Below are positions 19,353 to 28,361 of a DNA stretch of 64,000 nt, in pieces. A program made the translations under genes and the position numbers. The notes beneath the pieces are model-generated. The model worked only from the letters and a program-made list of their open reading frames with translations, was not told where the DNA came from and did not search any database. Each line of letters opens with the position of its first letter. The first letter of the stretch is position 1. Source of the stretch: Longimicrobiales bacterium (GTDB lineage: Bacteria; Gemmatimonadota; Gemmatimonadetes; Longimicrobiales; Gaopeijiaceae); assembly GCA_965204735.1 (NCBI GenBank), contig OZ242008.1:3104001-3168000 (forward strand), read 5' to 3'.

Positions 19353-20276
19353 TCAGCCCCCGCAGGGTGCGGCGCCGGTCGTCGCGTTGGAGCAGATGGC
19401 GCCGTTCGCGTAGCAGGTGTAGCAGGCGGCTTCCGCCAGGCGCGCGTCGACCCGCGTCGCTTCGGCGAGGGTGTCCGCCAAGCGAGCGCTTGGGTAGTCC
19501 AGCAGTATCGGACAGGCGTACACGCCGTCGGCGGTCACCAAGCGAGCACGGGTGCAGAGGAGCTGATCCAGGTCGTAGCCGCACATCATCTCGTGGGTTA
19601 CCCGCTCGGCCGGGGCGTATCCGCGACTGCGGGCGCTCTCCTCGCCGATGAGGAGAGGGGGCAGGATCTTGAGGCGCGGGTCGTCGTAGCCCACGGCGGC
19701 CAACGAGCTCCTGAAGGCGCAGAGGGTGGCGCTGGTCTCGCAGTCGGTCCAGCTCTGCATTGCCGTGACGATCGGACGAAAGCCGGCCGCGACCAGCCGT
19801 CCCACGCCTTCCATCGCCCGCTCGAAGGCCCCGTCGCCTCGGATGGCGTCGTTCGCCGCCGCGGTCGGACCGTCTATGCTGACCCGAAACTCCAGGGCGT
19901 GGCTTCTGTTCGCGGCCACTCGCCGCAACGCATCGACCCGCCGGGGCGGCAAGAGCGTCGCGTTCGTGAGAACCGTGGCGGGACCGCGCGCGAGCACGTC
20001 CGCCAGGATGCCCTCCATCTCGTTGTTCATGAAGGGCTCGCCGCCGGTGAAGTAGTACTCCTTCACGCTCATCTCCGCCGACTCCCGCAACGCTTCTCGG
20101 ACCATGGCGCGGGACATGAACCAGAAGGAATGGTTGTCCGGCGAGCAGGAGATGAAGCAGTGGCGGCACCGGAGGTTGCACACCGTGCCGGCGACTTGGA
20201 ACCAGAGCTGGTCCAAGGCCGCAAGGGGCACGGCAGGAACGGCAGGGAGCACGGCGGGAGCGGCGGCCGCGATCAT
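19353..20276 (-). CDS. Radical SAM protein
   Basis: CNLRCRHC motif, FTGGEPF, VSIDG; C-terminal Cys cluster (C...CP...CYTC...C); AGGAG RBS. Confidence 0.88.
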   Translation of the reverse strand: MIAAAAPAVLPAVPAVPLAALDQLWFQVAGTVCNLRCRHCFISCSPDNHSFWFMSRAMVREALRESAEMSVKEYYFTGGEPFMNNEMEGILADVLARGPATVLTNATLLPPRRVDALRRVAANRSHALEFRVSIDGPTAAANDAIRGDGAFERAMEGVGRLVAAGFRPIVTAMQSWTDCETSATLCAFRSSLAAVGYDDPRLKILPPLLIGEESARSRGYAPAERVTHEMMCGYDLDQLLCTRARLVTADGVYACPILLDYPSARLADTLAEATRVDARLAEAACYTCYANGAICSNATTGAAPCGG

Positions 20277-20451
20277 TGGGACTCCTGTTGGGGGCTTCCA
20301 CGCCCGAAGGCTGTCGGTCTGCTTGCCTGGAAGCTTCTCGGCGTTGCCGGCCGCCCGTCGCGCTTGTGAAGGTCGTCGGTCGTGGCAAGGTTACGATTCC
20401 CTCCGACCGAGCTTTCCGCAACCCGTTCCCTCGCTCCATTGCCCCGCCCCG

Positions 20452-21888
20452 ATGCGATTCGAGACCGTAAACCCCGCCAACGGCCAGCTTCTTCGCAGGT
20501 ATCCCTTCCTTCCGCCGGAACGGCTCGAGGCGGCGGTCGAGAAGGCGGCGCGAGCCCAGCGGGAGTGGCGGCGGGTCCCCGTCCACGAGCGGGCCCGGGT
20601 CGTGGGGAAAGTCGCCGGCGTGCTGCGGGACCGAACCCGGCAGCTCGCCGAGACCGTCACGCAGGAGATGGGCAAGCCGCTTCGCGAGGCGGTGGCGGAG
20701 GTGGAGAAAAGCGCCTTGGGGTGCGAATACTACGCCGAGAACGGGCCTGCGTTCCTGGCGGACCGGCGGGTCGCGGGGGGACCGGTCGGGCAGGCCGGCG
20801 GCGCACCGGCGCTCGGAGGCGTGGACTCGCCGGCGGGCGCCGTCGATGGGAGGCCCGGCAGCTTCGTCTCGTTTCAGCCTCTGGGACTGGTGCTGGCGAT
20901 CATGCCGTGGAACTTCCCGTTGTGGCAAGTTGCAAGAGCCGCGGCGCCGGCGTTGACGGCGGGCAACGGAGTTCTCCTCAAGCACGCGCCCAACGTGCCC
21001 AAGTGCGCTCTGGACGTCGTGGAGGCCTTCGAGGCGGCGGGGCTTCCCCGCGGGCTGTTCGCGAACCTCTTCGTCGACGTGGAGACGACGGGGGCTCTGG
21101 TGCGCGACCGGCGGGTCCAGGGCGTGACGCTGACGGGCAGCACCGAGGCCGGGCGGAGCGTGGGCGCCGTCGCCGGCGCCGAGATCAAGTCCTGCGTGCT
21201 GGAGCTGGGGGGCAGCGACCCCTACGTGGTGCTTGACGACGCCGACGTGGAGCGGACGGTGGAAGCCTGCGTGACCGGACGGCTGATCAACGCCGGGCAG
21301 AGCTGCATAGCCCCGAAGCGGCTGATCGTGCACGAAGCCGTGGCGGACGAGTTCGAGGCGGCCGTGGTGGAGCGAATGGGCGCGGTCCGGGTGGGCGACC
21401 CCATGGCCGAGGCCACGGAGATGGGACCGCTGGCCAGGCGCGACCTGCGGGACCGGCTGGCGTCGCAGGTCGTCCGAAGCATCGACGCCGGGGCCAAGCG
21501 GCTGCTGGGGGGCGACGTGCCCGACGTGCCCGGCTGGTACTACCCGCCGACGGTGCTGGCCGGGGTCCGGCCGGGGATGCCCGCCCACGACGAGGAGCTC
21601 TTCGGGCCAGTGGCCAGCATTGTGCGCGCCGGATCGGAAGAAGAGGCGCTGCGGATCGCCAACCGCACGTCCTACGGGCTGGGAGCGGCCGTGTTCACGC
21701 AGGACCTGGAACGGGGCGCCCGGATCGCCCGCACGGAGCTGGAAGCGGGGTCGTGCTTCGTCAACGACTTCGTGAAGTCGGATCCCAGGCTGCCCTTCGG
21801 CGGCGTGAAGGCCAGCGGGGTCGGGCGGGAGCTGTCGGAGTTCGGCATCCGCGAGTTCGTGAACGTGAAGACGGTGGTGCTGGCGTGA
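20452..21888 (+). CDS. NAD(P)-dependent succinate-semialdehyde dehydrogenase (ALDH family)
   Basis: IMPWNFPLWQ, LTGST, LELGGSDP, NAGQSCIA, EELFGP, PFGGVKASG. Confidence 0.88.
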   Translation: MRFETVNPANGQLLRRYPFLPPERLEAAVEKAARAQREWRRVPVHERARVVGKVAGVLRDRTRQLAETVTQEMGKPLREAVAEVEKSALGCEYYAENGPAFLADRRVAGGPVGQAGGAPALGGVDSPAGAVDGRPGSFVSFQPLGLVLAIMPWNFPLWQVARAAAPALTAGNGVLLKHAPNVPKCALDVVEAFEAAGLPRGLFANLFVDVETTGALVRDRRVQGVTLTGSTEAGRSVGAVAGAEIKSCVLELGGSDPYVVLDDADVERTVEACVTGRLINAGQSCIAPKRLIVHEAVADEFEAAVVERMGAVRVGDPMAEATEMGPLARRDLRDRLASQVVRSIDAGAKRLLGGDVPDVPGWYYPPTVLAGVRPGMPAHDEELFGPVASIVRAGSEEEALRIANRTSYGLGAAVFTQDLERGARIARTELEAGSCFVNDFVKSDPRLPFGGVKASGVGRELSEFGIREFVNVKTVVLA

Positions 21889-21901
21889 CTGGAAGATCGA
21901 C

Positions 21902-23650
21902 GTGACCAAGCGGGCCAAGATATCCGGCTCCAGCCTGAAGAACGCCTTTCGGGAGATCATCTGGCCCCGACGACGGCTGGTCCTGCTGGGGCTCGGGCTT
22001 ATTCTCTTCAATCGACTTGCTGGGCTGGTGCTCCCCGCTTCGAGCCGGTACCTGATCGACAACGTGATCGCCGAGGCCAACGTCGAGCTGCTCTACTGGC
22101 TGGTGGGCGCGGTGGCGGGCGCCGTGGTGGTGCAGTCCGCCACGTCCTACGCGCTGACTCTTCTGCTGAGCGTGGAAGCGCAGCACCTGATCGCCAACCT
22201 TCGCTCGCAGGTGCAGAAGCATGTGCTGGAGCTGCCCGTGCGAGTCTTCGACAATACAAAGTCGGGCGAACTCGTGTCGCGGATCATGAACGACGTGGAG
22301 GGCGTGCGCAACTTGGTCGGCACGGGACTTGTGCAGCTTGTAGGAGGGACGATCACGGCGGTGGTGGCTCTGGGCTTCCTGATGGGAATCAGCCCCGTGA
22401 TGACGTTGCTGGCGCTCGGGCCGCTGGCCGGCTTTGCGCTGGTGTCGACGAAGGCGTTCAAGAGGTTGCGACCGGCGTTTCGCAAGCGGGGCGAGATCGC
22501 GGCCGAAGTCACGGGGCGGCTCACCGAGGCCCTCGGCGGGATACGCATCATCAAGGGCTTCAACGCCGTGCGCAAGGAAGAGGACGTGTTCCGGGCGGGG
22601 GTCATGCGCATCTTCGACAACGTCAAGACGACATTGACGATGTCCAGCATGGTCACGAGCTTGGGCGCGTTCTTCATGGGCTTGGCCGGCGTCTTGATCA
22701 TGGCTTACGGCGGGCGCTTGGTGATCGGTGGAGAGCTGTCCGTCGGCGAGCTCTTCTCCTTTACGATCTTTCTGGGGTTCCTGGTGGCGCCGGTGGTGCA
22801 GATGGCGAACATCGGCACCCAGATGACGGAAGCCTTTGCCGGCCTGGACCGGACCGCCGATCTGCTGTCGTGGCCCCGCGAGGACGACGACCCTCGGCGG
22901 GACACGTCGATGCCGCCGGTGGGCGGACACGTCGTCTTCGAGGACGTGCGCTTTCGCTACGAGGACGACAAGCCGGTGCTGCGGGGAATCGACTTCGAGG
23001 CGCAGCCTGGGATGGTGGTGGCGCTGGTGGGAAGCTCGGGGTCGGGCAAGTCCACAATTGCGGGGCTCGCCGCGTCGTTTCTGGAACCGGAGCAGGGGCG
23101 GGTGGTGGTGGACGGCGTGGACTTGCGCAACGTGAAGCTGGCATCGTACCGGGCCCAGCTTGGCTTGGTCCTTCAGGACGACTTTCTCTTCGACGGGACG
23201 ATCCGCGAGAACATGCGCTTCGCCCGCCCGGACGCGCCCGACGCCGACTTGGAGCGGGCCGCGGATCAGGCGTACGTGACCGAGTTCACGGCGCGCTTTC
23301 CGGACGGGCTGGACACGGTGATCGGCGAGCGCGGCGTCAAGCTGTCGGGCGGACAGCGCCAACGGGTGACGATTGCGCGCGCAGCGCTGGCGGACCCCCG
23401 AATCCTAATCCTGGACGAGGCTACTTCGAGCCTCGACACCGAGAGCGAAGCGCTGATCCAGAAGAGCTTGGCCGAACTGATGCGGGAACGCACGACGCTG
23501 GTGATCGCCCATCGGCTTTCGACGATCCAGCGCGCCGACCTCATCCTGGTGATCGAGGACGGTCGGATCGTGGAGCGGGGCAAGCACGACCAACTGATCG
23601 AGCAGCGGGGGCGGTACCACCAGCTGTACACGGTTCAAGCCCGGATCTGA
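21902..23650 (+). CDS. Fused ABC exporter (TMD + NBD, MsbA-like)
   Basis: TM domain; GSSGSGKST, LSGGQRQR, ILDEATSSLD, IAHRLSTI. Confidence 0.92.
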   Translation: MTKRAKISGSSLKNAFREIIWPRRRLVLLGLGLILFNRLAGLVLPASSRYLIDNVIAEANVELLYWLVGAVAGAVVVQSATSYALTLLLSVEAQHLIANLRSQVQKHVLELPVRVFDNTKSGELVSRIMNDVEGVRNLVGTGLVQLVGGTITAVVALGFLMGISPVMTLLALGPLAGFALVSTKAFKRLRPAFRKRGEIAAEVTGRLTEALGGIRIIKGFNAVRKEEDVFRAGVMRIFDNVKTTLTMSSMVTSLGAFFMGLAGVLIMAYGGRLVIGGELSVGELFSFTIFLGFLVAPVVQMANIGTQMTEAFAGLDRTADLLSWPREDDDPRRDTSMPPVGGHVVFEDVRFRYEDDKPVLRGIDFEAQPGMVVALVGSSGSGKSTIAGLAASFLEPEQGRVVVDGVDLRNVKLASYRAQLGLVLQDDFLFDGTIRENMRFARPDAPDADLERAADQAYVTEFTARFPDGLDTVIGERGVKLSGGQRQRVTIARAALADPRILILDEATSSLDTESEALIQKSLAELMRERTTLVIAHRLSTIQRADLILVIEDGRIVERGKHDQLIEQRGRYHQLYTVQARI

Positions 23651-24020
23651 GGGCGCTCCGGTCGCTCGTCGCTGCTTGCTGCGCGCTGTCCGTGCCCTCT
23701 TCCGCAGCCCCTTCGACCAACACGACGAAGCATCGCTCGATCTCTCGATGGAAGCTCGCCGGCAAACGCACCCAGTCCCGGGCTTCCACGACGAACGGGA
23801 TGCGCGATTCTTGAAAGGCTTCGGTCAAGGCGCCGAGGCGGGCCAAGGAAACCTTGGCGCCGTGCCGGCCCCGCACCACCAAGTCCAAGTCGCTGCCGTC
23901 ATGGCTCGGGCCTTGCACCCGACTGCCGTACGCCCACACCTCGGCGCCCGGAACGTGGTCGCGCAGGATCGAAACGATCTCCTTGCGGTGGCGATTCGAC
24001 AGGTGGAGCCGGCCGGTCAA
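23541..24020 (-). CDS. Minimal nucleotidyltransferase (MNT) antitoxin
   Basis: VWAYGSRVQG...SDLDLVV; TTG start overlaps the HEPN stop; the C-terminal tail runs 110 nt into the convergent ABC gene. Confidence 0.8.
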   Translation of the reverse strand: MTGRLHLSNRHRKEIVSILRDHVPGAEVWAYGSRVQGPSHDGSDLDLVVRGRHGAKVSLARLGALTEAFQESRIPFVVEARDWVRLPASFHREIERCFVVLVEGAAEEGTDSAQQAATSDRSALRSGLEPCTAGGTAPAARSVGRACPAPRSDRPRSPG

Positions 24021-24454
24021 GGCTGCTGCTCCCTCGTGGACGCATCCGATTCGAGCGCCGCCGTCAGGCGCCTTGCGTCGGCGATGAACTGGGGCAGCAA
24101 GGAAAGTGTTTCGTCGGCAAGGATTTCGCCGTATTCGTGCGAAGTACTGTTGCGGGCATCGCGATACGCCAGCCACCGTTCGCTGCATTCGGGGGAAACG
24201 AGACCATGCTTTGCGGCGTGACGGAACACGTCCTTGAAGCGCAGCCTGTCCACTTGGCGCGTACCGGCAAAGAAGGGGCGCAGCCATCTTCTTGTCAGTT
24301 TGCCGCTCTGCTCCAGCACAACCTCGAACTCCTTGACGCATGCTGCGCGAAACACGTCATGGGCTACATCGTCGCGATCGACGTCTTGGAGCGCCGAATA
24401 AGCGGCTTCCAGCGTGCGAATGCACCGTCCGACGTTGTCGGCGCTCACGGTCAT
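24017..24454 (-). CDS. HEPN toxin (HI0074-like nucleotidyltransferase substrate-binding protein)
   Basis: RAACVKEFE...FKDVFR.A...W..Y..ARNSTSHEY (RX4H plus Tyr); ATG overlaps the thyX stop. Confidence 0.85.
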   Translation of the reverse strand: MTVSADNVGRCIRTLEAAYSALQDVDRDDVAHDVFRAACVKEFEVVLEQSGKLTRRWLRPFFAGTRQVDRLRFKDVFRHAAKHGLVSPECSERWLAYRDARNSTSHEYGEILADETLSLLPQFIADARRLTAALESDASTREQQP

Positions 24455-25497
24455 GGCGCGGACGTCCCGTGCTTCGCCACAGCGGCGTTCGCCTTCGCCT
24501 GCATGGCCGAGGCGTCGCGCATGGAGGCAAGTTTCAGGTCGAAATCGAAATCCGAAGGCGAACGTGGGGCAAGCTTGGCCTTGAGTTCCTGGATCTCTCG
24601 GGGAGAGAGGCCGCACTCGGCCAACGCTTTGTTGGACAACGTGGCGCCCGAACGCGCCGCCAGTCCGTCGTCGTCCGCCGCGATCAAGCGCGAGACCGCT
24701 TCCAGCTCGCCGCGGGAGAGTCGGTCCCCCATCACTTGGTAGTCGATCCATGCCTCGTAGCTCAGGGGGGCGACCCGCTTGACCATTCCTGCGATCACAC
24801 GGCCGTACTCCCGTATCTCCCACTGGGCGTGGGGGTCCACGCGAAGCGTCAAGAAGTGGAGAAGGTTGTGCAGGTCGATCTTCCAGTACCACTGGGTGTA
24901 AGTGGACAAGGGCAGGTCGATTCGCGCCAGTTCGCGGGCCACTTCCTGGTCCACAAGCCACCTGTAGTCATCCGCGGCTTTCTCTCTGGCGTTCTCCCAG
25001 CGTCGAACCGTCTCGCGGTAGAGATCGGAGCCGGGGGCCAGTCCGTCGGCGCTGAACCCCGGCAGCACGGACTGCTTCGCGCGACCCTGCTTGTTGGTGG
25101 CGCTTTGCAGCGCGAAGTGGCTTTCCTGGGGCTTGTAGAAGAGAAGCGGCATGATCGAGTAGCGGCCGCTGTACTCGTTCACCGACGCCGTGCGGTGGCG
25201 AATCCATTGGCGGGCGACGAAGATCGGCATCGAGCAGTGGAACTTGAGCTCGACCATCTCCGACGGCGTGGTGTGCAGGTGACGGCGGAGGTAGCGGAGC
25301 AGTCCCCGGGTCTCGGAGAGCTTGCGGGTGCCGTAGCCGTAGCTGACTCGCGCGGCGCGCTCCACGTCCTCGTCCGTGCCCATGTAGTCCACGAGCGCGA
25401 CGAAGCCGTGGTCGAGGACTGGGAAGTAGCCGCCGAGGATCTCCTCCGTCTCCGGGACGGTGGGGCGGCGCGTCGAGGGAACGGAGGGCGAGGCCAT
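24451..25497 (-). CDS. thyX: FAD-dependent thymidylate synthase
   Basis: AARVSY, H.TP.EMV, RHRTASVNEYSGRY signature, RELAR, NLLHFL.LR...HAQWEIR. Confidence 0.93.
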   Translation of the reverse strand: MASPSVPSTRRPTVPETEEILGGYFPVLDHGFVALVDYMGTDEDVERAARVSYGYGTRKLSETRGLLRYLRRHLHTTPSEMVELKFHCSMPIFVARQWIRHRTASVNEYSGRYSIMPLLFYKPQESHFALQSATNKQGRAKQSVLPGFSADGLAPGSDLYRETVRRWENAREKAADDYRWLVDQEVARELARIDLPLSTYTQWYWKIDLHNLLHFLTLRVDPHAQWEIREYGRVIAGMVKRVAPLSYEAWIDYQVMGDRLSRGELEAVSRLIAADDDGLAARSGATLSNKALAECGLSPREIQELKAKLAPRSPSDFDFDLKLASMRDASAMQAKANAAVAKHGTSAP

Positions 25498-25608
25498 GGC
25501 CGAACGGTGCGCGGGGCGGAACAGGCGGCGGATCCTGCGGAAGAGCAAGGTACCGCCGACGTTGCTGGTCGGCGAGTTCAGTGGCCGCCGCGCTGGTTCG
25601 GCCGCCGC

Positions 25609-25782
25609 CGCACTGGCTCACCGGCCTGGACGCGGCGCCGGCCCGCCGTCAGTCCTTCGGGATCGGCGCCGACATCGTGAGCCGCTACGGCGCCGCGCCA
25701 GCTTGCCGGGACGCGACGCTGGTCGGCGGCCTGCCGCACCACGTGTCGCACTGGCTCACCGGCCCGCACTGGCTCACCGGCC
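25609..25782. repeat. Three copies of an 18-bp intergenic repeat
   Basis: CGCACTGGCTCACCGGCC at 25609, 25747 and 25765. Confidence 0.85.
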
Positions 25783-25866
25783 CTTGGTGGTGAATACTTG
25801 TTCCTCGTCGACCTCGCCCCCGGGGCGTCCGGCCTTCCTTTCTCGCTCGACAAGAAAGCGCAAGCT

Positions 25867-26400
25867 ATGCGAACCCACTCTCGCCCGCCCATCCGTCGGC
25901 GCTGGTCCTGCCTGGCCCTCGCGACGGTGCTGACCCTGTGTCCCGCCGTCGCCTGCTCGGGTCAGGCCGACAGCTCCCCGCCCCACCCCGAGGAGGCCGC
26001 CGTCGTCCAGGTGGTCGAGCAGCTCTTCGAGGCGATGCGGACGAACGACGGCGAGCTGGCCGCCGCCGTCTTCCACCCCGAGGCCCGCCTGGGACGCGCC
26101 ACCAACGAGGGCATCTCGTTCACCCCTGTGGACGGCTTCGTCGAGGCCGTGGGCAGGGAGAAGGACCAGACGTGGGACGAGCCCATATGGGACTGGACGG
26201 TCCGAGTGGACGGACGGCTCGCCCAGATGTGGACCAAGTACGCCTTCTACCTGGACGGCGCGTTCAGCCATTGCGGCAGCGACGCCTTCGACCTCTACAA
26301 GTCGGACTCGGGGTGGCAGGTCGTCCAGCTGGTGGACACGAGCCGGCAAGAAGATTGCTGGTACCCGCCCGGGCGCGAGCCGGCGGAGAGCGAGCCGTGA
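25867..26400 (+). CDS. Secreted NTF2-like (lumazine-binding-like) protein
   Basis: Signal/lipobox AVAC; LFEAMR..D...VRVDGRLAQMWTKYAFY...SHCG.DAF.L...W. Confidence 0.75.
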   Translation: MRTHSRPPIRRRWSCLALATVLTLCPAVACSGQADSSPPHPEEAAVVQVVEQLFEAMRTNDGELAAAVFHPEARLGRATNEGISFTPVDGFVEAVGREKDQTWDEPIWDWTVRVDGRLAQMWTKYAFYLDGAFSHCGSDAFDLYKSDSGWQVVQLVDTSRQEDCWYPPGREPAESEP

Positions 26401-28361
26401 GCTGCGGGCGGGCCCCGCCGGGTCCGCACCGCTCCGCCCACGTCCTGGAGCGAGCCGTGAGCTGCGGGCGGGCCGGTCGAGCGACCGCCGCCCTTGCTCT
26501 GACGACCGGCGTCCTCGCGGCGGCTTGTTCGGGGGCCGGCTCGGGGCGGGACCGGCCGGCAGATGTGGAAGAGCTGGCTCGGGCGGTCAAGGACCAGATC
26601 GCCGTCGACGACCTGCTGGCCTACTCCGCCGCGGTGGCCGAACACGTGCGCCCTTCGGGAGGCCCTGGCGAAAACGCCGCCATCGACACGATCGTGGCGG
26701 TCTTGGAGGCTCGCGGCGTGCCCGTCGTCGTCCACGAGCTCGTGGCGTACGCGAGCGATCCCGTGTCTGCATCGGTCTCGGTTCCCGGAACGGACTTTCG
26801 CCCCCGCGCCATCACAATGGCCTATTCGGCCTCGACGGGGTCCGGCGGCGTCGAGGGCAGGGCCGTGGACATGGGCGGCTTGGCGAACCTGCCCCGCTTG
26901 GAGACGGGCACGGGGGAGCGGTTGGTGATCAAGGGCGAAGCCTTCGGCGCGGAGCTTCCCGACCTGACCGGCGCGGTCGCCTTCGTCGACGGCCAGCCCC
27001 GCAACGTGCCCACGACCGTGCTGGAGCGCATGGGAGCAACGGCCGTGGTCTTCGTCAACCCGGAAGAGCGCCTCAACGAGCTGATCGTCACGTCCACCTG
27101 GGGCAGCCCGTCCCTGATGAACCACCATCGGCTGCCGACGATTCCCGTGGCCCAGATCGCGCGGAGCGCCGGGGACGAGCTGCGCCGCCTGAAGGCCGCC
27201 GGACCTGTGCGCCTACGGGTCGAGACCGAGCTGCGGACGGGGTGGACGCCGATGCGCCTGGCGGTGGCGACCGTGGAACCGGGCGTGACGGACGAGCGGG
27301 CGGCAGAGGAAGTGTCGTCGGGCGCGCCCACGGCGACCGGGGCGTCCTCGGAAGCCGGCGCCCCCTTCGTGCTGCTGGGCGGTCACATAGACGGATGGCA
27401 CCACGGGGCCACCGACGAGGCCGCGTCCAATGGGGCGATGCTCGCCCTGGCCTTGGCTTTCCACGAGGTCCGGGACCGGTTGCGCCACGGGCTTCGGGTC
27501 GCGTGGTGGCCGGGCCACAGCAACGCTCGATACGCCGGTTCGACTTGGTACGCCGACGAGTTCTTCACCGAACTCCGTCAACGCGGACTGGCGTACATGA
27601 ACATCGACGGGGTCGGGCAGATCGGCGCCAAGCGGTTCGGGGCGACCGCGTCGGAAGCCTTCGGCGAGTTCGCGGCCCGCGTGGTGGAGCGGACGGAAGG
27701 CGCAGAGGTTGCCGCCTCCCGGCCCGGCCGCAACTCGGACCAGGCGTTCAACGGCGTCGGCCTGCCGCTGATCCAGTTCAATCACACGCGCCTGGCGGAG
27801 GACGGCGGCTACTGGTGGTGGCACACGCCGGACGACACCTACGACAAGATCGACGGCGCGGTCCTCAAGACGGACACCGACATCTACGCCGACGCGCTGG
27901 TCGAGATGCTGACCGGCGCTCCGTTTCCGGTCAGCCTATCGGACCAAGTGGCGGCGCTGGGCAAGGCCATGGCGGCACGGGACGACGAGTCGGGCGGCGC
28001 GACGAGGCTCGGCGAGCGCTTGGCCGGACGCATGGCGGAGCTTCGGAAAGTCGCCGAGCGTCTCGACGGCTTGGCGGAAGCGGGCCGGGTGAATCCCCTG
28101 GAGCAAGTCGCGGTCCTTCGACCGCTTCATCGGGTCATGTACGTGCCTCTCAACGTCTACCATCCGGATCCGGGCGTGCGCTTGGGACCCCTTCCCGGCC
28201 TGGCTCCAGCCGCCGTCCTGGCCGACGAGAGCACCCATCCGGATCGGAGGGGCTTTGCCGCTCCGGTGGCGGCACGGGAACGCAACCGCCTGATCGAGGC
28301 GGTGGACGACGCGCTGGCAGAGGCTCGACGGGTCGTTGCGGCCGCTGGAGAACGTCGATGA
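26397..28361 (+). CDS. M28 family peptidase lipoprotein with PA domain
   Basis: Lipobox LAAAC; GHIDGW..GATDEA, WPGHS..RYAGS, NIDG, SDQAF, WHTPDDT. Start is 26397 or 26457 because the junction is duplicated. Confidence 0.75.
   Translation: MSCGRAPPGPHRSAHVLERAVSCGRAGRATAALALTTGVLAAACSGAGSGRDRPADVEELARAVKDQIAVDDLLAYSAAVAEHVRPSGGPGENAAIDTIVAVLEARGVPVVVHELVAYASDPVSASVSVPGTDFRPRAITMAYSASTGSGGVEGRAVDMGGLANLPRLETGTGERLVIKGEAFGAELPDLTGAVAFVDGQPRNVPTTVLERMGATAVVFVNPEERLNELIVTSTWGSPSLMNHHRLPTIPVAQIARSAGDELRRLKAAGPVRLRVETELRTGWTPMRLAVATVEPGVTDERAAEEVSSGAPTATGASSEAGAPFVLLGGHIDGWHHGATDEAASNGAMLALALAFHEVRDRLRHGLRVAWWPGHSNARYAGSTWYADEFFTELRQRGLAYMNIDGVGQIGAKRFGATASEAFGEFAARVVERTEGAEVAASRPGRNSDQAFNGVGLPLIQFNHTRLAEDGGYWWWHTPDDTYDKIDGAVLKTDTDIYADALVEMLTGAPFPVSLSDQVAALGKAMAARDDESGGATRLGERLAGRMAELRKVAERLDGLAEAGRVNPLEQVAVLRPLHRVMYVPLNVYHPDPGVRLGPLPGLAPAAVLADESTHPDRRGFAAPVAARERNRLIEAVDDALAEARRVVAAAGERR

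Noticed and set aside
18532..20276. PPTase plus radical SAM as a biosynthetic gene cluster
   Set aside because: The genes are convergent, and no carrier protein, PKS/NRPS or convincing precursor peptide lies nearby.
25655..25700. ADIVSRYG resembling the lead-in to a GGDEF motif
   Set aside because: No GGDEF/GGEEF follows and there is no surrounding domain; too short to support.
25609..25782. Possible CRISPR array
   Set aside because: Repeats are only 18 bp, two are directly adjacent with no spacer, spacing is irregular and no cas genes are present.
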